Virus record (IMG/VR): IMGVR_UViG_3300030060_002740 | Coordinates: 28,414-92,413 of that record | Source: a virus | Length of the DNA stretch: 64,000 bases | Reading direction: 5' to 3' (one strand) | Shown: piece by piece, positions 47,320 through 58,762 of the stretch | How the letters are laid out: each line of letters begins with the position of its first letter | Numbering within the stretch: the first letter of the stretch is position 1 | Notes under the pieces: generated by a model | The model's database searches: none | What the model was told of the DNA's origin: nothing | Seen by the model: only the letters and a program-made list of their open reading frames with translations | Position numbers and translations under genes: made by a program

Positions 47320-47685
47320 ATGAGTGATGAAAAAATAGTAAGTGATAAGAACAGTTTGTTTGCGACAGTAAACACCGATTGCCATACGTTGAAGGTTAGC
47401 CCTGATTCGGATGAAGTGCTGAAAGTTTGGGTAAAAGAACCCACTTGGCTACAAGTAGAACAAGCACTATCATCTGTTATGAATATGAGCGATAGTGGTG
47501 AAATGAGTCTTGATTTAAATAAAATGTATAAGTTTATGTGTCAAGAGTTTGTTGAAAAGACAGAACCACATCTTACTAGTTTAGAATTGCTCAGACTAAG
47601 CCCTTATGTTGGGTCACAGTTGAAAGAAGTCCTCCCAAATCCATTCTTTGAATTACAGGAGGAGGATACAAAAAAAGCAATATAA
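47320..47685 (+). CDS. tail assembly chaperone (G-like)
   Basis: Between tail tube and TMP; ends in the slippery sequence A AAA AAA. Confidence 0.7.
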   Translation: MSDEKIVSDKNSLFATVNTDCHTLKVSPDSDEVLKVWVKEPTWLQVEQALSSVMNMSDSGEMSLDLNKMYKFMCQEFVEKTEPHLTSLELLRLSPYVGSQLKEVLPNPFFELQEEDTKKAI

Positions 47686-47903
47686 TTCGGCAAGCATTAA
47701 GTGGTAGAGAAGTAGACCCGTCTATTGCTTTTAGGATTATATTGTATTCATACTGCAAGACTTTCTCAATAAGTCCCGCAGAAGCACAACACACCCCAAT
47801 GAAATTAATGAGTGAAATGCTACAAATACACGCAGAAGTAGAAACATTGAAGGGTAAAGAAATAGAAAAGGAGTTAAAGAAACATGACAGAATCAACAGA
47901 TGA
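47670..47903 (+). CDS. tail assembly chaperone -1 frameshift extension (GT-like)
   Basis: -1 frame open from 47670 (KKSNIIRQALSG...ISPAEAQHTP...HDRINR*), overlapping the TMP start. Confidence 0.65.
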   Translation, partial: KKSNIIRQALSGREVDPSIAFRIILYSYCKTFSISPAEAQHTPMKLMSEMLQIHAEVETLKGKEIEKELKKHDRINR

Positions 47904-49329
47904 TTTGTCTAAATTGGCCTTAGCATTTGATAGGGCTAACAATTCTATAACAAGAACAGGTCAAGCATTCGGTGAATTAGCAGAAAGCAGTAAAGAGTGG
48001 ACAGTTGTTAGTCGTATTCTTTCTGGTACAGGAGCATGGAGATTACAGAATCAGATTCGTGCTATTGGTCAAACAATTAACATATTTCATAAAAGACAAG
48101 AAGAAGCGACTAAGAGTACAATTGAAGCAATTGATGCAAATGTGAAATTAGCAGAATCGTTCAAGGATATACAGGACGCTAGAAATAAATTAGCAAAGGG
48201 TGGGGAAGCACTAGAGAATGACCCGATATTCAGTATGTTTAGTGGAACGGCAGGTGTTGATGCTGTAAAAGAGTATGGTAAATACTTAGACTTAGCCGAA
48301 AGCAGATTAAATAAAGCAAAAAAAGGAGTTGGCGTAGCAATAAGAAAAGCAGCACTACCTGACGCTGCTACTGATTTTATGAGAGGAGGTTTCTTTGCAG
48401 ATGAAAAGGGAGAAGGCGGTGTTGTAAATTTTATGAAACAGAGTCGTCAACAATTTATGAGTCAAGGACTTGGAAGACATTTTGTTAGAGGAGGAGGAGG
48501 ACTTAGAGATATAGGTATGGCTAGAGATACATCAGGTGAAGTTTTGAATAAAACTGCATTTGGTGATAGAAAAATGTATAGACAAAGGATGAACAATATC
48601 GCTAAGAAACTGTCACCAATAGCAGGGAAGATAGGTCAATACTTTGTCATTGGTACTTTTGCACTGTCTAAATTTTTAATATATTTCTTGGCTATCATTA
48701 CTGGCTTTGCATTATTAGTCTTCATAGTAAGGAAGATGAAAATAGGAACTAAACTAAAGGCATTTGAGAAACGGTTTGGTATTTTCGGAGATATATTTGC
48801 AAACATAAAGGAAATATTAACATCAGTATTTAATTTGTTCAAAGCCGCTTTTGGTGGCGATGGTCAAGGCTTCAAAAAGGCTCTTAAAGAATTTGCAATA
48901 GCAGTAGGAACACTGCTTAAAAATATTCTAAAACTATTACTAGTGTCATTTTTACAAGTGGTTAAATTCTTAGTTTCAGGTTTAGTTACTGTTATTGGAA
49001 AGATAATAGGTAAAATACCACTTATGGGAGGAGTAGGTAAATCAATAGTAAATGTCGGAAAGGACATTAGAGGGATGGCTACTGGTGGTGTTAGTAGTGG
49101 TGGTCTAACGTTAGTTGGTGAACGTGGCCCTGAACTAGTTAGACTACCTTCAGGAGCAAGAGTTCATTCTAACGCTGAAAGTAGAAGAATGGGTGGAGGA
49201 ACAATCAACGTTCATGTTAACGGAAGAGTTGGTGCTTCCGATGCAGAGATAAGAGATATAGCCAGTAAGGTAGCAAGAGAGATTAACACACAAATGAACA
49301 GACAAGCACATACGGTAGGTAGGTTCTGA
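47884..49329 (+). CDS. tail tape measure protein
   Basis: Helical A/G-rich, TM segment, C-terminal MATGG...LVGERGPELV motif. Confidence 0.8.
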   Translation: MTESTDDLSKLALAFDRANNSITRTGQAFGELAESSKEWTVVSRILSGTGAWRLQNQIRAIGQTINIFHKRQEEATKSTIEAIDANVKLAESFKDIQDARNKLAKGGEALENDPIFSMFSGTAGVDAVKEYGKYLDLAESRLNKAKKGVGVAIRKAALPDAATDFMRGGFFADEKGEGGVVNFMKQSRQQFMSQGLGRHFVRGGGGLRDIGMARDTSGEVLNKTAFGDRKMYRQRMNNIAKKLSPIAGKIGQYFVIGTFALSKFLIYFLAIITGFALLVFIVRKMKIGTKLKAFEKRFGIFGDIFANIKEILTSVFNLFKAAFGGDGQGFKKALKEFAIAVGTLLKNILKLLLVSFLQVVKFLVSGLVTVIGKIIGKIPLMGGVGKSIVNVGKDIRGMATGGVSSGGLTLVGERGPELVRLPSGARVHSNAESRRMGGGTINVHVNGRVGASDAEIRDIASKVAREINTQMNRQAHTVGRF

Positions 49330-50018
49330 TGACAGAGCCAAATTACAGAGTCTTCTTGGAACTGCAAAGAAGAAGTGAGTTTGGTTCAGGACAAGAAAAC
49401 AGGATATCACTTCTTGCAACAGATTTGACAGTAGCCACAAACAAAACAGTATTGAACTTAGGAGTTCCCTTTTCAGGTGCGGTTCGTGGAGAATCACTGA
49501 ACTTAGCGATGGACGTAGGCATGGCTCAGAAGACGGTTAGTGTCAGTGGTTTTTTGGTTGAGCAAACTATCACTAAGAAGAAGGATGAAGATGGTTCACC
49601 TACAAGTGTAAAACTAACTTCCTTTGAATTGGCTCAGTTGATACATTCCTATGCAGATGCCAGTTCTTTTCAAAATGACCAAAACATAAACAGGTTAGTT
49701 GTACTCATACCAAGTAGGGTGAATCACAACTTTGAGTATCACACTTCTGATACTGAAACTGATGATATAGCAGACTTACCCTTGATATCTTGGTCATGGA
49801 AGAATAGGGAGTATGATAACTCATTTACTTCGGGTGTTAGTGGGGGAACAAAATATTTCCAACCATACGAATCTACTAACACAGATGCTTCAGGTCTTGG
49901 TATAACTGGATTTATTCGCTCATTTTCAACTACTGTAAGTGGCCAAGAATTTCCGGCGGTTCAATTTCAATTGGAGTTTGAAGAAGCAATGGTGGTAGCG
50001 GATAACTTCTTGGATTGA
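49329..50018 (+). CDS. putative distal tail protein
   Basis: Immediately after TMP; 229 aa, beta-rich. Confidence 0.55.
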   Translation: MTEPNYRVFLELQRRSEFGSGQENRISLLATDLTVATNKTVLNLGVPFSGAVRGESLNLAMDVGMAQKTVSVSGFLVEQTITKKKDEDGSPTSVKLTSFELAQLIHSYADASSFQNDQNINRLVVLIPSRVNHNFEYHTSDTETDDIADLPLISWSWKNREYDNSFTSGVSGGTKYFQPYESTNTDASGLGITGFIRSFSTTVSGQEFPAVQFQLEFEEAMVVADNFLD

Positions 50019-50027
50019 GGGATAGGG

Positions 50028-51119
50028 ATGGTTACAGTAAATGCTTATGTCGGCAATCCATACAAATTGGTTTTCCCTCTTCTATCATCAGGTTATTTAG
50101 AAATAGACTATGATGCAACAGTTACTCCCGCAGGGTCATCTGCTACTGTTGTGTCGGATACAAGGGAGAGGAAAGTATGGGGACATACTGGTGCATTTAC
50201 ATTGGAGTGTTTGATAACTCCCTATGACGTAAACGGCTCTGCTAAGACGGGTGGTTCTGAGTTTGGTGTTTTGGATTCCACTAAGACTCCTCCTTACCCA
50301 AGCGATACTCTAAGCAGTAGAAGTAGCACATATCAAAGCACAAGCATATTAGGGACATCAAGTGGAACTAAGTATACTGATTCTCCTTTGAAGATGATGT
50401 TGTTTCACAATACGAATGTAAAACTGTATTTAGAGAACACAACGGATAACAGTTACAACCAACCTGCTGAATACAAAGTTGTTGCTGAGTTTAAGAAAAC
50501 TGGTGGAGACACAATCAAACTTGAGACTGATACAGTTATCAAAGCAGAGAATAGATTAACAGGATACTATGACCCATATGGGTACTATGAAGGGAGTAGA
50601 ACTTCTCTAACTAAATTGGATGATGCGAGTAGGGATATCTCCAACACTTCAATGATAGAACTGGATACTGCTTCAAATGTTAACAAAGTAGGTAAGGGAA
50701 CAGAACTGTTTGACCAAACAGGGACTTCAATTGGGAAGGTTGTTTCTATTGATACTAGTGCCGGAACACTAACAATGAGTCAAGTTCAATCTGCATCTAT
50801 TTCGTCAGCATATATCTCTCAACTAAAAGAAGCCCTTTACTTAGAACAGATGTATAAGATATCATTCGTCTATCTAAAACACGCCGCAGAGATTCACTTA
50901 GATAACCAGTTAATTGCTTCAATGAGTCATGCAGAACCAGATGTAGTAATTCATCCAAGTGACATTAGACTATGTGGTAGTGGAACAACAAGTGAACAGT
51001 TCTATGGTGAACTGTATGAAATAGCCATGTCAACTAATAACACGGTTAATGTGTCAACGACCAAATCCCTTTCTCCAAGTTTCAGTAACATATTGTTTTA
51101 TTTTAGGTTTGGTGAGTAG
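50028..51119 (+). CDS. tail-associated protein (possible split LamG/ConA-like domain)
   Basis: FTLECLI...AEIHLDNQ...FYGELYEIAM...LFYFRF. Confidence 0.55.
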   Translation: MVTVNAYVGNPYKLVFPLLSSGYLEIDYDATVTPAGSSATVVSDTRERKVWGHTGAFTLECLITPYDVNGSAKTGGSEFGVLDSTKTPPYPSDTLSSRSSTYQSTSILGTSSGTKYTDSPLKMMLFHNTNVKLYLENTTDNSYNQPAEYKVVAEFKKTGGDTIKLETDTVIKAENRLTGYYDPYGYYEGSRTSLTKLDDASRDISNTSMIELDTASNVNKVGKGTELFDQTGTSIGKVVSIDTSAGTLTMSQVQSASISSAYISQLKEALYLEQMYKISFVYLKHAAEIHLDNQLIASMSHAEPDVVIHPSDIRLCGSGTTSEQFYGELYEIAMSTNNTVNVSTTKSLSPSFSNILFYFRFGE

Positions 51120-54100
51120 ATGGGAGCGAACGATAACACCACTGGTAGGATGTTCTATCCAATCAACTCAGGCAAGAAGAGTGGTGATATCACAAACAGT
51201 TACGCAAATAGAAACTCTGAGTTTACTGGAAATGACGCATTCAAGAACGTGAGCGTAAACCCACAATTCAAAACAATAGGCATTCAACAGGAGAACTCAA
51301 CAACAGGAAGTTCCTTCGTTAATTCTGCTAATTTTATAGAGATAAGAGATGCACCAAGAGCGACAGGGATATCAAATGATTCAGGAGATAAAATCGTAAA
51401 CAGGATATTACCAAAAAATACTAACTTGAGTTCTTATGGTGTAAATAATGATGAAACGAGTCCAAGTAAAATAAAGGTGTATGATTTCAATGATTCTTTC
51501 AGTGAAACTAACAGGAAGTTTATTTATAGCACAACTCTCTATCCTAATAGCAATACAGTAGGATTAGACATTGATAACTATGATTACTTTATTCTGATAA
51601 ACCCCGAAATGACTTCTGCCGGTACGAATAGAATAAGGCCACACTTTGCTAAAGTAACTAGAATACTAGCCTTTGATGAGTTTGGTGATGGTTTAGAGTT
51701 TGAACCTGCATACCATACAAGCGTTGCATCACAAAGCAAGTTTGAAATTTTCAAAGGGCCATCCAAAACAGATACATCAGTTGTAGCAGTGAGTTATGGT
51801 CTTAGAGGGGACACTGATGCTAACACTTCAAAGTTTGATATTCTTCAAAGAGCAGTAAGACCAACGTTCTACTTCTACAATGATAGATTAGATGAGAAAG
51901 ACCAATTGGACTATGCAGAGAAGTATACTGCTACTTCTGAAAGATATTGGGAATATGGAACAGAGATATCTATTGTAGGTAGAGATGCTCACACACAATA
52001 TGCGAATACTACTACGCAGAAGTTTACACTTGCAACTAATGCAGATTTAGACAAGTTTATTCATGGTCAATCCATATTCGATGCGAATAACAATTTTATC
52101 GGAAATGTAAAAGAAAAGACATATTCAGGGGCTTTGTATTCATTCAAAATAGACTATGCGAGAACTGCACTGTCTTCGTTTAGTTCAACTAACTCAAGAA
52201 TTGCAACCATTGGGACACATAGCGTTACAGGAACACCATCATCAGGTAACGTTGGAACTAACACATACTCGGCAACTGGTGGTAGTGGTAGTGGTGCTAC
52301 ATTTACTATTGTAGTAGTTGAAGCAGACGGAGTTAGAAGTGTTCAATCTGTTTCTCTCGCTTTTGGAGGCACTGGTTATGCTGCGAGTGATAGTCTTAGT
52401 GTAAGTGTTGGAGGGGCTACCGTGACAATACCCGTTGCTTCTGTTACAGGTGACGATATCAAAATAAAAATAGGAAAGACAATACAGAATGTAGCATTCA
52501 AAACTAAAGGTAAATACTCCAATACAGTACAGAGTTTAGGTAGAAACCCAATCTCTGCTACATTGGTTGACTCAAACAGAACTTCTGATGAAGCAGATAA
52601 CTCATTCGATGCAACTAGATGGCAAACTGCTTTTCCTAAAATGAAAAGACACTCTGCTGATTTAATTACCGCTACTGCTAATTCACTAGATGGTGGTTTG
52701 ACTGGCCCTAACAGATACATCACATTTGAGAAAGCAGAATACAAGAATAGCAAAGTTGAGCCTAGTATCAGTGCTTCTCTCAATAGTCCTAAGAATAAAC
52801 TTACAAAACTTGTTAGATTTCAACTTAGTGATAATAGTGGTCTGCAACATTTGAAGATAAAGGAAAATTCAGACTTAAAAATAAGAAGAAACCTACATAG
52901 TGGTACTTTTACTAAAAAAGAATTTATTGGTTTTGCTAAATCAATAGCCTCACCTAATAACAAAATACAATTAAGCGAGTTAAATAGTGAAATTGATTTG
53001 AAACACATTCTAAGTGTTAATGATATTATTGAATTAAATGGATATCATTTCGTTGTTAATTCAATAGACAATAAATCAAGTGATACTGAACAGGCCATTG
53101 TCATCAAAGATAGAAAGTTGAAAACGGCTAAAGTTTGGGAGTCAAGTTCTGTCGTTCCTACATTTGATAGAGAAAAATTATTCTTAATGCCTTTTACTGG
53201 TGTTTTGAATTTGAACTTTGAAAGCGATACAGAAGTGTTGTTAGATTCAAGTGGTAATTTCCAAACTCTAACCATGAATGGAGTTGCAGTAAGTAAAACA
53301 GATAGTAAACTACACAAGTCATTTCTATCACCACTGTTTTACAATAGTCACTTAGTTGAAGTAGACTATGCAGATAAGAACAACAAGTATGCTAAAATTA
53401 TAGATAGCGATAAGACATTTTACCAAAAGTCAGATGTTTCTGCAAGTAGATTGTATTATTACAATGGAGCATTTAGTATATCAGAACAAGTGCTTAGTGG
53501 TAGTGTTGATGACTTAGAGTTTATCACAGAACAAGGAAATACAACTGTTAAGGTAACAGGTAGAGATGACACAAGTAAATTACTTGGTAAAACTATAACC
53601 AAATCTCTAACACATCATAGTGATATTGTAAAAACAACATTACCACCTACTATTACTACATTTACAAATCTAACAGGGCTAACTGTCACTGCGATTGGGT
53701 CTACAACCATAAGTGTTTCAGGAACACCAAGCACAACATTTAGTAAATATATGCTCTTATTTGATGGAGACAGTAATTTTATTGGAGAAGTAAACAGTTA
53801 TGTTCAAGTTTTGGGTTCAGTGTATTCTATCACATTTACTCATGAACATTATTGCACTAAGACTGTTAGTGAATTGAATACTAGTGGGTTCAAATTCTAT
53901 AATCCCTATTCTGCTACTCAATATAATCAAATTGCAGGGACTAAATCTTTGCAAAGCAATGTCCTACACAGTGGAGGAATAGGTGATTTCACTTCAATTA
54001 GTGAAAGAGGTCTATCTTTTAGAAAGGGACTACATATTAATTATGATGGTTCTTTCAGTTATACTCCTTTGAGTTTGAGTTCTAATCAGAGTAATTCTTC

Positions 54101-57100
54101 TGCCGATACATTGGGATATGACATTTCATCACCCATTTCAATATCAACTGATGATGCAGTATTTGCTTTTAACATTGGAAACGAAAATGGAGTAACAGTA
54201 GATAAACAGGATATAATGACAGTCAATTCTGAGTTATTTGATGTTGTTAAAGTAAGCGAGCAAGATACTGCTTCTACTGTTTTAGAGATAGCCCCTACAT
54301 TTCCTATGGTGTTAGGCAGAATAGATAGTAACACTTCTGATAGTAGAGGAAACGCAAAATTGTATCTTGTGAATAATAACATAGAAACTGGTGGATTTAT
54401 TCATAGATTAAAGGATAAGTTTGTTGGAGGAGATGGGATTGTTCAATTTGCTCCAACAGACACAATAAGATACTGGGATTTACAGATAATAAGACCAAAT
54501 GCCTTAGTCAGAACAGTAGATAGTATATACAGTACAGGTACAAGACCTCAAGCAATACAAGGATATGCAGTTGGATATGGCATTAATGCAACAGGAAGTA
54601 CAACGTCTGTTACAGAAACTCCTGATAACAAACCAATAAACGGGAGTAATACCTTAAGCGGTTGGACTCATTTAACTAATTTCTATGGTAACTATCCACT
54701 GATAACGACATACCCCTCTCATTCTAATGGTGTAAGTGGGGAAACTGATATTATGTATTCTGAGTTTGAGCAAATTGACCCAAGAACTCTATCATATGAG
54801 TTGCTTGCGACAGGAGATATATTTCCCTCGTCTAAACAACGACACAATAATCTGTTTAACACAAGCCATGCAAGAGGATTCAATAATTATGGGATTATGT
54901 TAGAAACACTATCAGACCAAACGAATAGCACATCTCACCAAAAATACACAGGAACTACTTCTCAGACTTTGAAGAGGGATATACATTTTGAGTCTGCATC
55001 CATAACAGATAGTAGTCCTGTAAACACTGACCAAATCAGAAGGTGGGGAGTAATACGTTTAGTAGAAGCAACCTTTGACTGGCATTTTAATCCTTTAGAC
55101 TTCGATTCATTAGCGGATACTTTTGATGCACTAAAGTATTTTGATTATGTTATGATAAGAAAACCAACTGAAATTAGTGGTTACACTCTAACTGTTTCCA
55201 GTGGTAATGCCGGAGGAACTCTAATAGGACAAATGACTGCGGGTGATGTAGCCTACAAGAAAGATGCAATAGGAACTAACAGCAGTGAAACTAGAGCAGA
55301 TTTGAGAATACCCGGAGATACTCATAGTGGGTTTGTTGCGTATCGTGCTAGTAGCACAACCGCAGTAAATGGTAACTTTACAGACAACTTAGGGACTATA
55401 ATCAATACAACCCCTGCTGATAATATACTAAGGTTCGATGGAGTAACAGTTAATGGAACTACTTTCAAGGGGGTGGAGAGTTTCAGGTTGTTCACCGATG
55501 ACCAAATCTCTCTCAATGCTTTGGAAACTGCTAATGATGTAGGAATTTTTATTGATAGAGTAAATGGGCATAAGGACATACACTTCCATAGAAGTTGGAT
55601 TACACACCCACCTGTTGACTATACAGACGGTACTAATGGATTTATGCACCAGTTGTTGAAGAACGCTGACGATGATAAATACGACCCAATGAATGTTATT
55701 CTCCCCATAATCGCAGAGAACAAGTCAGGTAATAGCGATAAGAACGACAAACTGTTCTCGCCTTTCCATAGGCAAGACCATTGGGATGATACCGCTACCA
55801 CAAGTCTAACCTCTGCAAATAGTATAGATATGCTACATATGTCAAGAGTCATAAGTGGGTTAATCAAACCTTCATATGGACAAGGGCCAAGTTTAGACAA
55901 GGGAGATATAGAATTATTAGGATTAGGCCAAGGAGATGTGTATGCTAACTGTATTGGTCTATTTAGAAACCTTGAGGCAATAGGCGAGTCATCAAACCTA
56001 TACCTAAACTGGGACGACTCGATTTCCCTGATAAGTAGTCCGTTGGGTAGGACTGACACAACAAATTATGCTACTAGGGAAGGATATAGTATGAGTTCAA
56101 CTAAATTTAACAGTTATTCTCACAGTGTACTACTCGGTACAAATACATACGGAGCGAACACGGATAGTGACCAACATTCAGAATCAGCAAGATTGTATGA
56201 ATGGACTAATCCCGATGTTACTTCTTACAACACAGGAAGCCCTGTTTTAACATCTCAAAATTACAAAGCGTCTATGTTGGGTATACATACTACTGCCTAT
56301 CCATTTGATAAAAAAGGAACAATGTCGGCAGCACGTAGAGGCTCTGATTATCGAGGTCTTGACCACACCACTCATACTACCTTATCAGGTAATTCCATTG
56401 ATAACTGGGGTCAGATGTGGTCTTCTCAATTTATTGTTAAACCTACATTTAATCTAACTGCCGCATCTAATTTAGTGTATTCAAATTCAGATAAAACAAT
56501 CACATTTACTCTTGATGATGCTTCTACTCATAATTGGTTAAGTTTCATGCCTAACTTGAAGGGGTATTATTTGGTTTCTGAGTCATTAGTAGATGGTGAT
56601 ACTTTAAGAAACGCAAAGCATCATGGTGTCCCGAAGTTCATTGCTAAGATAGTTAACCACACTATCTCTACTGCCCCTAACCATGTTCCGGGTAATACAT
56701 CTGCAAGTACCTTTGAGGCTCAACAGATTGAGTTTGACACTGCGATTGATGTTTCCTCCAATGGAGCAAATTACAGATTAATGAGAATATCAGAAACCAC
56801 CTTTGACGATACTCCTGAAAAGATAGAGTTCAATGTAATGAAAGACACTGGATTAGATTACAATTTAACTTCTGTTAACTTTAGAACTGGTAAAGGAAGC
56901 AATGAAGACAAAACTGATGATAAGAGATTTCACGAAACGGTTTATTCAATGTATTTGAGATTAGATATTGATAATCCTATATTGAGTTCAGAAAGCAACC
57001 CGTTCATAGAAGCAAGAAACACAACAAGGGCAAAGGTTGGTTTTACAGAAGGGGAGATAATTACTGCTTTCGTTTCTGATGGCAATACAAAAAGAAAGGT

Positions 57101-58412
57101 AGACTTGACTGTGAGTTTAACAAGACAAAAGAAAACAAGTTCTTCTACTGAAGATTGTTTAGTATTTACTTATGGAGGTAAACTGAATGGAAGTGGTGTT
57201 GTTTCTTTTGGCGAAGTCATAGATATTACGTTGGGAAGAAAGCCAAGACTAAAGAGATTAAACCGATGTTATATTGGAACTTCATTTGACATTGGTTCTA
57301 ATGTAGATACAGAATTGAACAATGTAGTAACAGAAGCAGGTTTAGAGTATGATTTCACTAAAAGTAATGCGATATTTACAACAAACATAGTAAACACAAA
57401 TGGAACAAACACAATTGTTTGTTTAGAGAATGTTACTGAATTAAGTGCAGGTGATGTAATATATACCCAAGAAGGACATCTAATAGGGGAGATACTTTCT
57501 ATTAACAACCAAACAATAACCTTTGCAAGTGGGAAAAAGTATTACACCCCTCCCCAATACTCAAACATCATCAAATTAAATGAAAGAACATTTGTTAGTA
57601 ATCTAAAACTGAATAGTTCTGATGTTTATAGTACAATTAATTCTCTAACAAGTATGAAAGGCATGGATTATAAAATACAAGACAACAAGGTAATTTTTAG
57701 AAACTTTGAAGATACTTCAAGTCTTTTGAGAAAGGAAGTAACTTTCTCAGATTTAACGGGTACAAGTCCAATTAGCAATAACGTTTCTTTGTTAGATAAA
57801 GTAAACAGAGTGGAAATTAAGGGAGATGGGGTCGAACACATTGTTGAAATATTCACCAATGTAGATAACAAGACAATGGTAGTAAATGACCCAACTATAA
57901 CAACAGTACAAGAAGCAGAGATAAGAGGAATAAAATTATTGCAAATACACAATTCCGATGCAAGAAAAATAACATTGGAAATAAATGCGAAAGGATTTGA
58001 GTTATTAGAAGCAGGGGATTTGCTACACTTGGACTTCCCTACATATAACGTACCAAAAGGAGATTACATAATATTTGAGATTGAAAATATCTTAGGGCCA
58101 ACTATGAGAATGACAGTTGGAACTTATAACAAAGGAATTGCAGAGAGACTAAGTGAAATATCACAAGAAAGCAGTGGGAACATTAGCCATATCCTAACTG
58201 CAAATGCAGAAGGAAGCACTGGACACAAAACAATATTTGAACCATTAAATCTCAAAGTAACTGAATTAGAATACACAGTGCGTGGTGGATTAACCGATTC
58301 AAATATAGGCTTTGACGATATAGCAGGTTTCACTGAAACAGTAGGGTTTGATATTGTCGCAACAGGTGAAATAGGAATAAAGAAAGAATACAAGGATAGA
58401 TTCTATGATTAG
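51120..58412 (+). CDS. giant tail tip/baseplate hub protein (2430 aa)
   Basis: S/T/N/G-rich; hub-like VTGRD and C-terminal NRVEIKG...DPTI...LEAGDLL...MTVG. Confidence 0.7.
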   Translation: MGANDNTTGRMFYPINSGKKSGDITNSYANRNSEFTGNDAFKNVSVNPQFKTIGIQQENSTTGSSFVNSANFIEIRDAPRATGISNDSGDKIVNRILPKNTNLSSYGVNNDETSPSKIKVYDFNDSFSETNRKFIYSTTLYPNSNTVGLDIDNYDYFILINPEMTSAGTNRIRPHFAKVTRILAFDEFGDGLEFEPAYHTSVASQSKFEIFKGPSKTDTSVVAVSYGLRGDTDANTSKFDILQRAVRPTFYFYNDRLDEKDQLDYAEKYTATSERYWEYGTEISIVGRDAHTQYANTTTQKFTLATNADLDKFIHGQSIFDANNNFIGNVKEKTYSGALYSFKIDYARTALSSFSSTNSRIATIGTHSVTGTPSSGNVGTNTYSATGGSGSGATFTIVVVEADGVRSVQSVSLAFGGTGYAASDSLSVSVGGATVTIPVASVTGDDIKIKIGKTIQNVAFKTKGKYSNTVQSLGRNPISATLVDSNRTSDEADNSFDATRWQTAFPKMKRHSADLITATANSLDGGLTGPNRYITFEKAEYKNSKVEPSISASLNSPKNKLTKLVRFQLSDNSGLQHLKIKENSDLKIRRNLHSGTFTKKEFIGFAKSIASPNNKIQLSELNSEIDLKHILSVNDIIELNGYHFVVNSIDNKSSDTEQAIVIKDRKLKTAKVWESSSVVPTFDREKLFLMPFTGVLNLNFESDTEVLLDSSGNFQTLTMNGVAVSKTDSKLHKSFLSPLFYNSHLVEVDYADKNNKYAKIIDSDKTFYQKSDVSASRLYYYNGAFSISEQVLSGSVDDLEFITEQGNTTVKVTGRDDTSKLLGKTITKSLTHHSDIVKTTLPPTITTFTNLTGLTVTAIGSTTISVSGTPSTTFSKYMLLFDGDSNFIGEVNSYVQVLGSVYSITFTHEHYCTKTVSELNTSGFKFYNPYSATQYNQIAGTKSLQSNVLHSGGIGDFTSISERGLSFRKGLHINYDGSFSYTPLSLSSNQSNSSADTLGYDISSPISISTDDAVFAFNIGNENGVTVDKQDIMTVNSELFDVVKVSEQDTASTVLEIAPTFPMVLGRIDSNTSDSRGNAKLYLVNNNIETGGFIHRLKDKFVGGDGIVQFAPTDTIRYWDLQIIRPNALVRTVDSIYSTGTRPQAIQGYAVGYGINATGSTTSVTETPDNKPINGSNTLSGWTHLTNFYGNYPLITTYPSHSNGVSGETDIMYSEFEQIDPRTLSYELLATGDIFPSSKQRHNNLFNTSHARGFNNYGIMLETLSDQTNSTSHQKYTGTTSQTLKRDIHFESASITDSSPVNTDQIRRWGVIRLVEATFDWHFNPLDFDSLADTFDALKYFDYVMIRKPTEISGYTLTVSSGNAGGTLIGQMTAGDVAYKKDAIGTNSSETRADLRIPGDTHSGFVAYRASSTTAVNGNFTDNLGTIINTTPADNILRFDGVTVNGTTFKGVESFRLFTDDQISLNALETANDVGIFIDRVNGHKDIHFHRSWITHPPVDYTDGTNGFMHQLLKNADDDKYDPMNVILPIIAENKSGNSDKNDKLFSPFHRQDHWDDTATTSLTSANSIDMLHMSRVISGLIKPSYGQGPSLDKGDIELLGLGQGDVYANCIGLFRNLEAIGESSNLYLNWDDSISLISSPLGRTDTTNYATREGYSMSSTKFNSYSHSVLLGTNTYGANTDSDQHSESARLYEWTNPDVTSYNTGSPVLTSQNYKASMLGIHTTAYPFDKKGTMSAARRGSDYRGLDHTTHTTLSGNSIDNWGQMWSSQFIVKPTFNLTAASNLVYSNSDKTITFTLDDASTHNWLSFMPNLKGYYLVSESLVDGDTLRNAKHHGVPKFIAKIVNHTISTAPNHVPGNTSASTFEAQQIEFDTAIDVSSNGANYRLMRISETTFDDTPEKIEFNVMKDTGLDYNLTSVNFRTGKGSNEDKTDDKRFHETVYSMYLRLDIDNPILSSESNPFIEARNTTRAKVGFTEGEIITAFVSDGNTKRKVDLTVSLTRQKKTSSSTEDCLVFTYGGKLNGSGVVSFGEVIDITLGRKPRLKRLNRCYIGTSFDIGSNVDTELNNVVTEAGLEYDFTKSNAIFTTNIVNTNGTNTIVCLENVTELSAGDVIYTQEGHLIGEILSINNQTITFASGKKYYTPPQYSNIIKLNERTFVSNLKLNSSDVYSTINSLTSMKGMDYKIQDNKVIFRNFEDTSSLLRKEVTFSDLTGTSPISNNVSLLDKVNRVEIKGDGVEHIVEIFTNVDNKTMVVNDPTITTVQEAEIRGIKLLQIHNSDARKITLEINAKGFELLEAGDLLHLDFPTYNVPKGDYIIFEIENILGPTMRMTVGTYNKGIAERLSEISQESSGNISHILTANAEGSTGHKTIFEPLNLKVTELEYTVRGGLTDSNIGFDDIAGFTETVGFDIVATGEIGIKKEYKDRFYD

Positions 58413-58423
58413 GAGGAAGGAAA

Positions 58424-58762
58424 ATGATAGCAGATGAAGGAGTATCGGATATAATAGCGAATTACATTCAAAGTAATTACACGAAAATAAAAGTCGGAAG
58501 TGGAGGTGATGCTCCATCAGAGGCAGATACAGAATTAGATTCCTTTGTTGCAGAAAAGACTGTTACGCCTTCTTTAATAGGAACTGTAATGACTTGGACA
58601 GTTGAGTTTACTGGTGCAGAGATTGGTCTTGAAGGTATATCAGAACTAGGAATTTTCAAGTCATCAGGAGATAAAATGTTAAGTCGGGTCACATTCAGCA
58701 ATACAGGAGTGTTGGCATCAGCAGACACATTGACTATAACAATTAGAGTGGAGGTAGGTTAA
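58424..58762 (+). CDS. small tail/baseplate protein (tail-collar-like)
   Basis: IKVGSG...DTEL...ISELGIF...MLSRVTF pattern. Confidence 0.65.
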   Translation: MIADEGVSDIIANYIQSNYTKIKVGSGGDAPSEADTELDSFVAEKTVTPSLIGTVMTWTVEFTGAEIGLEGISELGIFKSSGDKMLSRVTFSNTGVLASADTLTITIRVEVG

